NCBI GenBank assembly: GCA_021738535.1
Contig: JAIPBU010000008.1
Location: 24,921-88,920 of the forward strand
Direction of reading: 5' to 3'
Length of the DNA stretch: 64,000 nucleotides
From: Bacteroidales bacterium
Lineage (GTDB): Bacteria; Bacteroidota; Bacteroidia; Bacteroidales; VadinHA17
The translations under genes and the position numbers were made by a program. The notes under the pieces were generated by a model. It was not told the DNA's origin. It worked only from the letters and a program-made list of their open reading frames with translations, and searched no databases. Shown piece by piece: positions 62,549 to 64,000 of the stretch (its first letter is position 1; each line of letters opens with the position of its first letter).

Positions 62549-63178
62549 CTATTCCCCGGTATCTTCATAGAAATAAGCTTCTCTTCTGTCTGCATCATCC
62601 CAGGTAATAATCTTCCTGTTCCTGTTTAACCAGTAATAATTGATAAGTGCAAAATCTCCTGCACACATTGTTGTGTGCATGAAAAGGGCACAGAACAGGC
62701 TCCATGTCCACAGAGGGTCATTTATCGTAAAAATGAGGTATATTATCACAAAACTTATAACAATAAAAGGAGTCAGCGCAACACTGATAAATGTAAAACG
62801 CTTAACAGGATAAAGGTGAGAAGTAACGTAGAAGTAATATTGCTTCCAGTCCGCCCCAATGCGGATATTTCTTGCACCACCGAGGAAATAGGGGACGATA
62901 TGAAGGAATTCATGAGGAATAACCAGGAAAAGTGGTATTACAACAAAACCTGCAAAACCATAAAGAGCTACTGAAAAAAAATTGTAATTCCCGGCTAATG
63001 AAAAGCGAAAAGTGATCATCCAGGTAATAATGCCCAGCAGGAATGACCATGCTGCAATTACTGGAAAGGTATGCTTTTTGATATATTTTATTACAAAAGG
63101 AACAATGTCATCATATTCCAGTGTTAAAAGATGTTTGTAGCGATCACTGTTTAATATGTTGTTTACCTTTTTATTCAT
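62549..63178 (-). CDS. DUF3267-like membrane protein with HExxH motif (putative zincin)
   Basis: Several TM helices and VIPHEFLHIVPYFLGG. Confidence 0.6.
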   Translation of the reverse strand: MNKKVNNILNSDRYKHLLTLEYDDIVPFVIKYIKKHTFPVIAAWSFLLGIITWMITFRFSLAGNYNFFSVALYGFAGFVVIPLFLVIPHEFLHIVPYFLGGARNIRIGADWKQYYFYVTSHLYPVKRFTFISVALTPFIVISFVIIYLIFTINDPLWTWSLFCALFMHTTMCAGDFALINYYWLNRNRKIITWDDADRREAYFYEDTGE

Positions 63179-63250
63179 TTAACCGCGACTCTGTTATTAA
63201 AGGGCAATTTATAAAAATATAGATAACAATTAATTAATTTTGATGTCGCA

Positions 63251-63865
63251 ATGAGGAGGATAGTTGTAAATATTATAATTTTTTTAGTTCTGATCCCGGG
63301 GATAAATGCCCAGGATACAACCAGGCATGAGAATGACTCTCTTCCTGATCGCTTCTACTTTCTTGAGAATGTGACACGCGACGGAGAGACACTGCCTGAA
63401 GTGGAGATTGACGAGGTCACCGTTACAAGGAAGATGAGCCTGAAAGAACGGTTCCAGTGGTGGAGGTACAGGCGACTGGTAAGGAATGTTAAAAAAGTAT
63501 ATCCGTACTCAATAGTTGTAAGGGAGAAATTCAAAGAGATTAATGATACTTTACAGAGCATTGATGGGAAAAAAGCCCGAAAAGAGTTCCTCAAAAATTT
63601 TGAGACCGATCTTTTTGGCAAGTATGAGGATGATATAAAACACATGACCATTACCCAGGGCAAGATCCTGATAAAGCTGATTGACAGGGAAACACAAAAC
63701 ACATCTTATCAGCTTATACGCGATTACCGGGGGGCTGTTTCAGCTTTTTTCTGGCAGGGACTGGCACGTATTTTCGGGTCAAATCTGAAAACTGAATATG
63801 ACCCCTACGGTGATGATTATCTTATCGAAAAAATAATCTACGAAATAGAGAAGGGCAGGCTTTAG
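63251..63865 (+). CDS. DUF4294-like secreted protein
   Basis: Signal peptide ...PGINAQ. LPEVEIDEVTVT, WWRYRRLVRNVKKVYPY, YQLIRDYRGAVSAFFWQGLARIFGSNLK. The family name is recalled from memory, not searched. Confidence 0.6.
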   Translation: MRRIVVNIIIFLVLIPGINAQDTTRHENDSLPDRFYFLENVTRDGETLPEVEIDEVTVTRKMSLKERFQWWRYRRLVRNVKKVYPYSIVVREKFKEINDTLQSIDGKKARKEFLKNFETDLFGKYEDDIKHMTITQGKILIKLIDRETQNTSYQLIRDYRGAVSAFFWQGLARIFGSNLKTEYDPYGDDYLIEKIIYEIEKGRL

Positions 63866-64000
63866 CTATCCATCTCCATTATAGCCTTCACAACATTTTC
63901 TGCCCCTTCGGCAATTTCTGAAATACTTGAATCAAGCATGTAGCAGGGATTGGTAACAATCCTGTTTGAATTGTCAATTACTACCTCACCAGGACCTGCT
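63862..64000 (-). CDS. C-terminal fragment of an ElbB-like (DJ-1/PfpI family) protein; 5' part outside the window
   Basis: The minus-strand frame reads ...GPGEVVIDNSNRIVTNPCYMLDSSISEIAEGAENVVKAIMEMDS*. This resembles the ElbB C-terminus (...NKIVTTPAYML...). It is too short for the ORF track. Its stop overlaps the DUF4294 stop by 4 nt. Confidence 0.5.
   Translation of the reverse strand, partial: AGPGEVVIDNSNRIVTNPCYMLDSSISEIAEGAENVVKAIMEMDS

Overview
This is a Bacteroidota-type chromosomal segment: SusC/SusD pairs, lipoprotein signal peptides, a T9SS-type C-terminal sorting domain, and an AT-rich TAnnTTTG-like promoter box. Almost all genes are on the + strand. No transposase, integrase, CRISPR array, rRNA or tRNA was seen.

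Gene order:
1. 2-24965: a polysaccharide-utilisation locus. It holds a GH3 (truncated by the window edge), three consecutive SusC/SusD-like pairs, a DUF1735-type surface lipoprotein, a secreted HExxH protein with a hexapeptide-repeat (beta-helix-like) region and a T9SS tail, a small orphan secreted protein, and a GH31.
2. 25098-27946: glutathione peroxidase, xylose isomerase, and an SDR on the - strand.
3. 28161-40254: a formate block with fhs, mobA and two tandem but non-identical NuoE/NuoF/FdhA-type formate dehydrogenase modules (both cysteine type). A 49-bp hairpin-containing tandem repeat separates the two modules.
4. 40260-43469: a GH2 beta-galactosidase starting 5 nt after fdhA2. It carries an in-frame fragment of a REP-like element.
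5. 43564-48075: a four-gene transport operon with an expanded DUF4212-like small subunit, an ActP-like sodium:solute symporter, a TPR-like membrane protein and an outer-membrane porin.
6. 48142-54702: a complete trpEGDCFBA operon preceded by a 21-codon leader peptide with three consecutive Trp codons and an intrinsic terminator.
7. 54696-54880: inverted arrays of GACTAAG-type short repeats between the convergent trpA and a vWA gene.
8. 54869-64000: vWA protein, ECF sigma with a TonB-C anti-sigma-like protein, beta-lactamase-family hydrolase, PHP phosphoesterase, POT transporter, DUF3267, DUF4294 and a partial ElbB-like gene.

The most unusual observation is a ~150-aa beta-sandwich-like module that appears as an internal insertion in both the third SusD-like protein and the adjacent DUF1735 lipoprotein. 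It sits next to the T9SS-secreted zincin/hexapeptide-repeat protein.

All functional calls come from reading motifs in the translations. No database search was possible.
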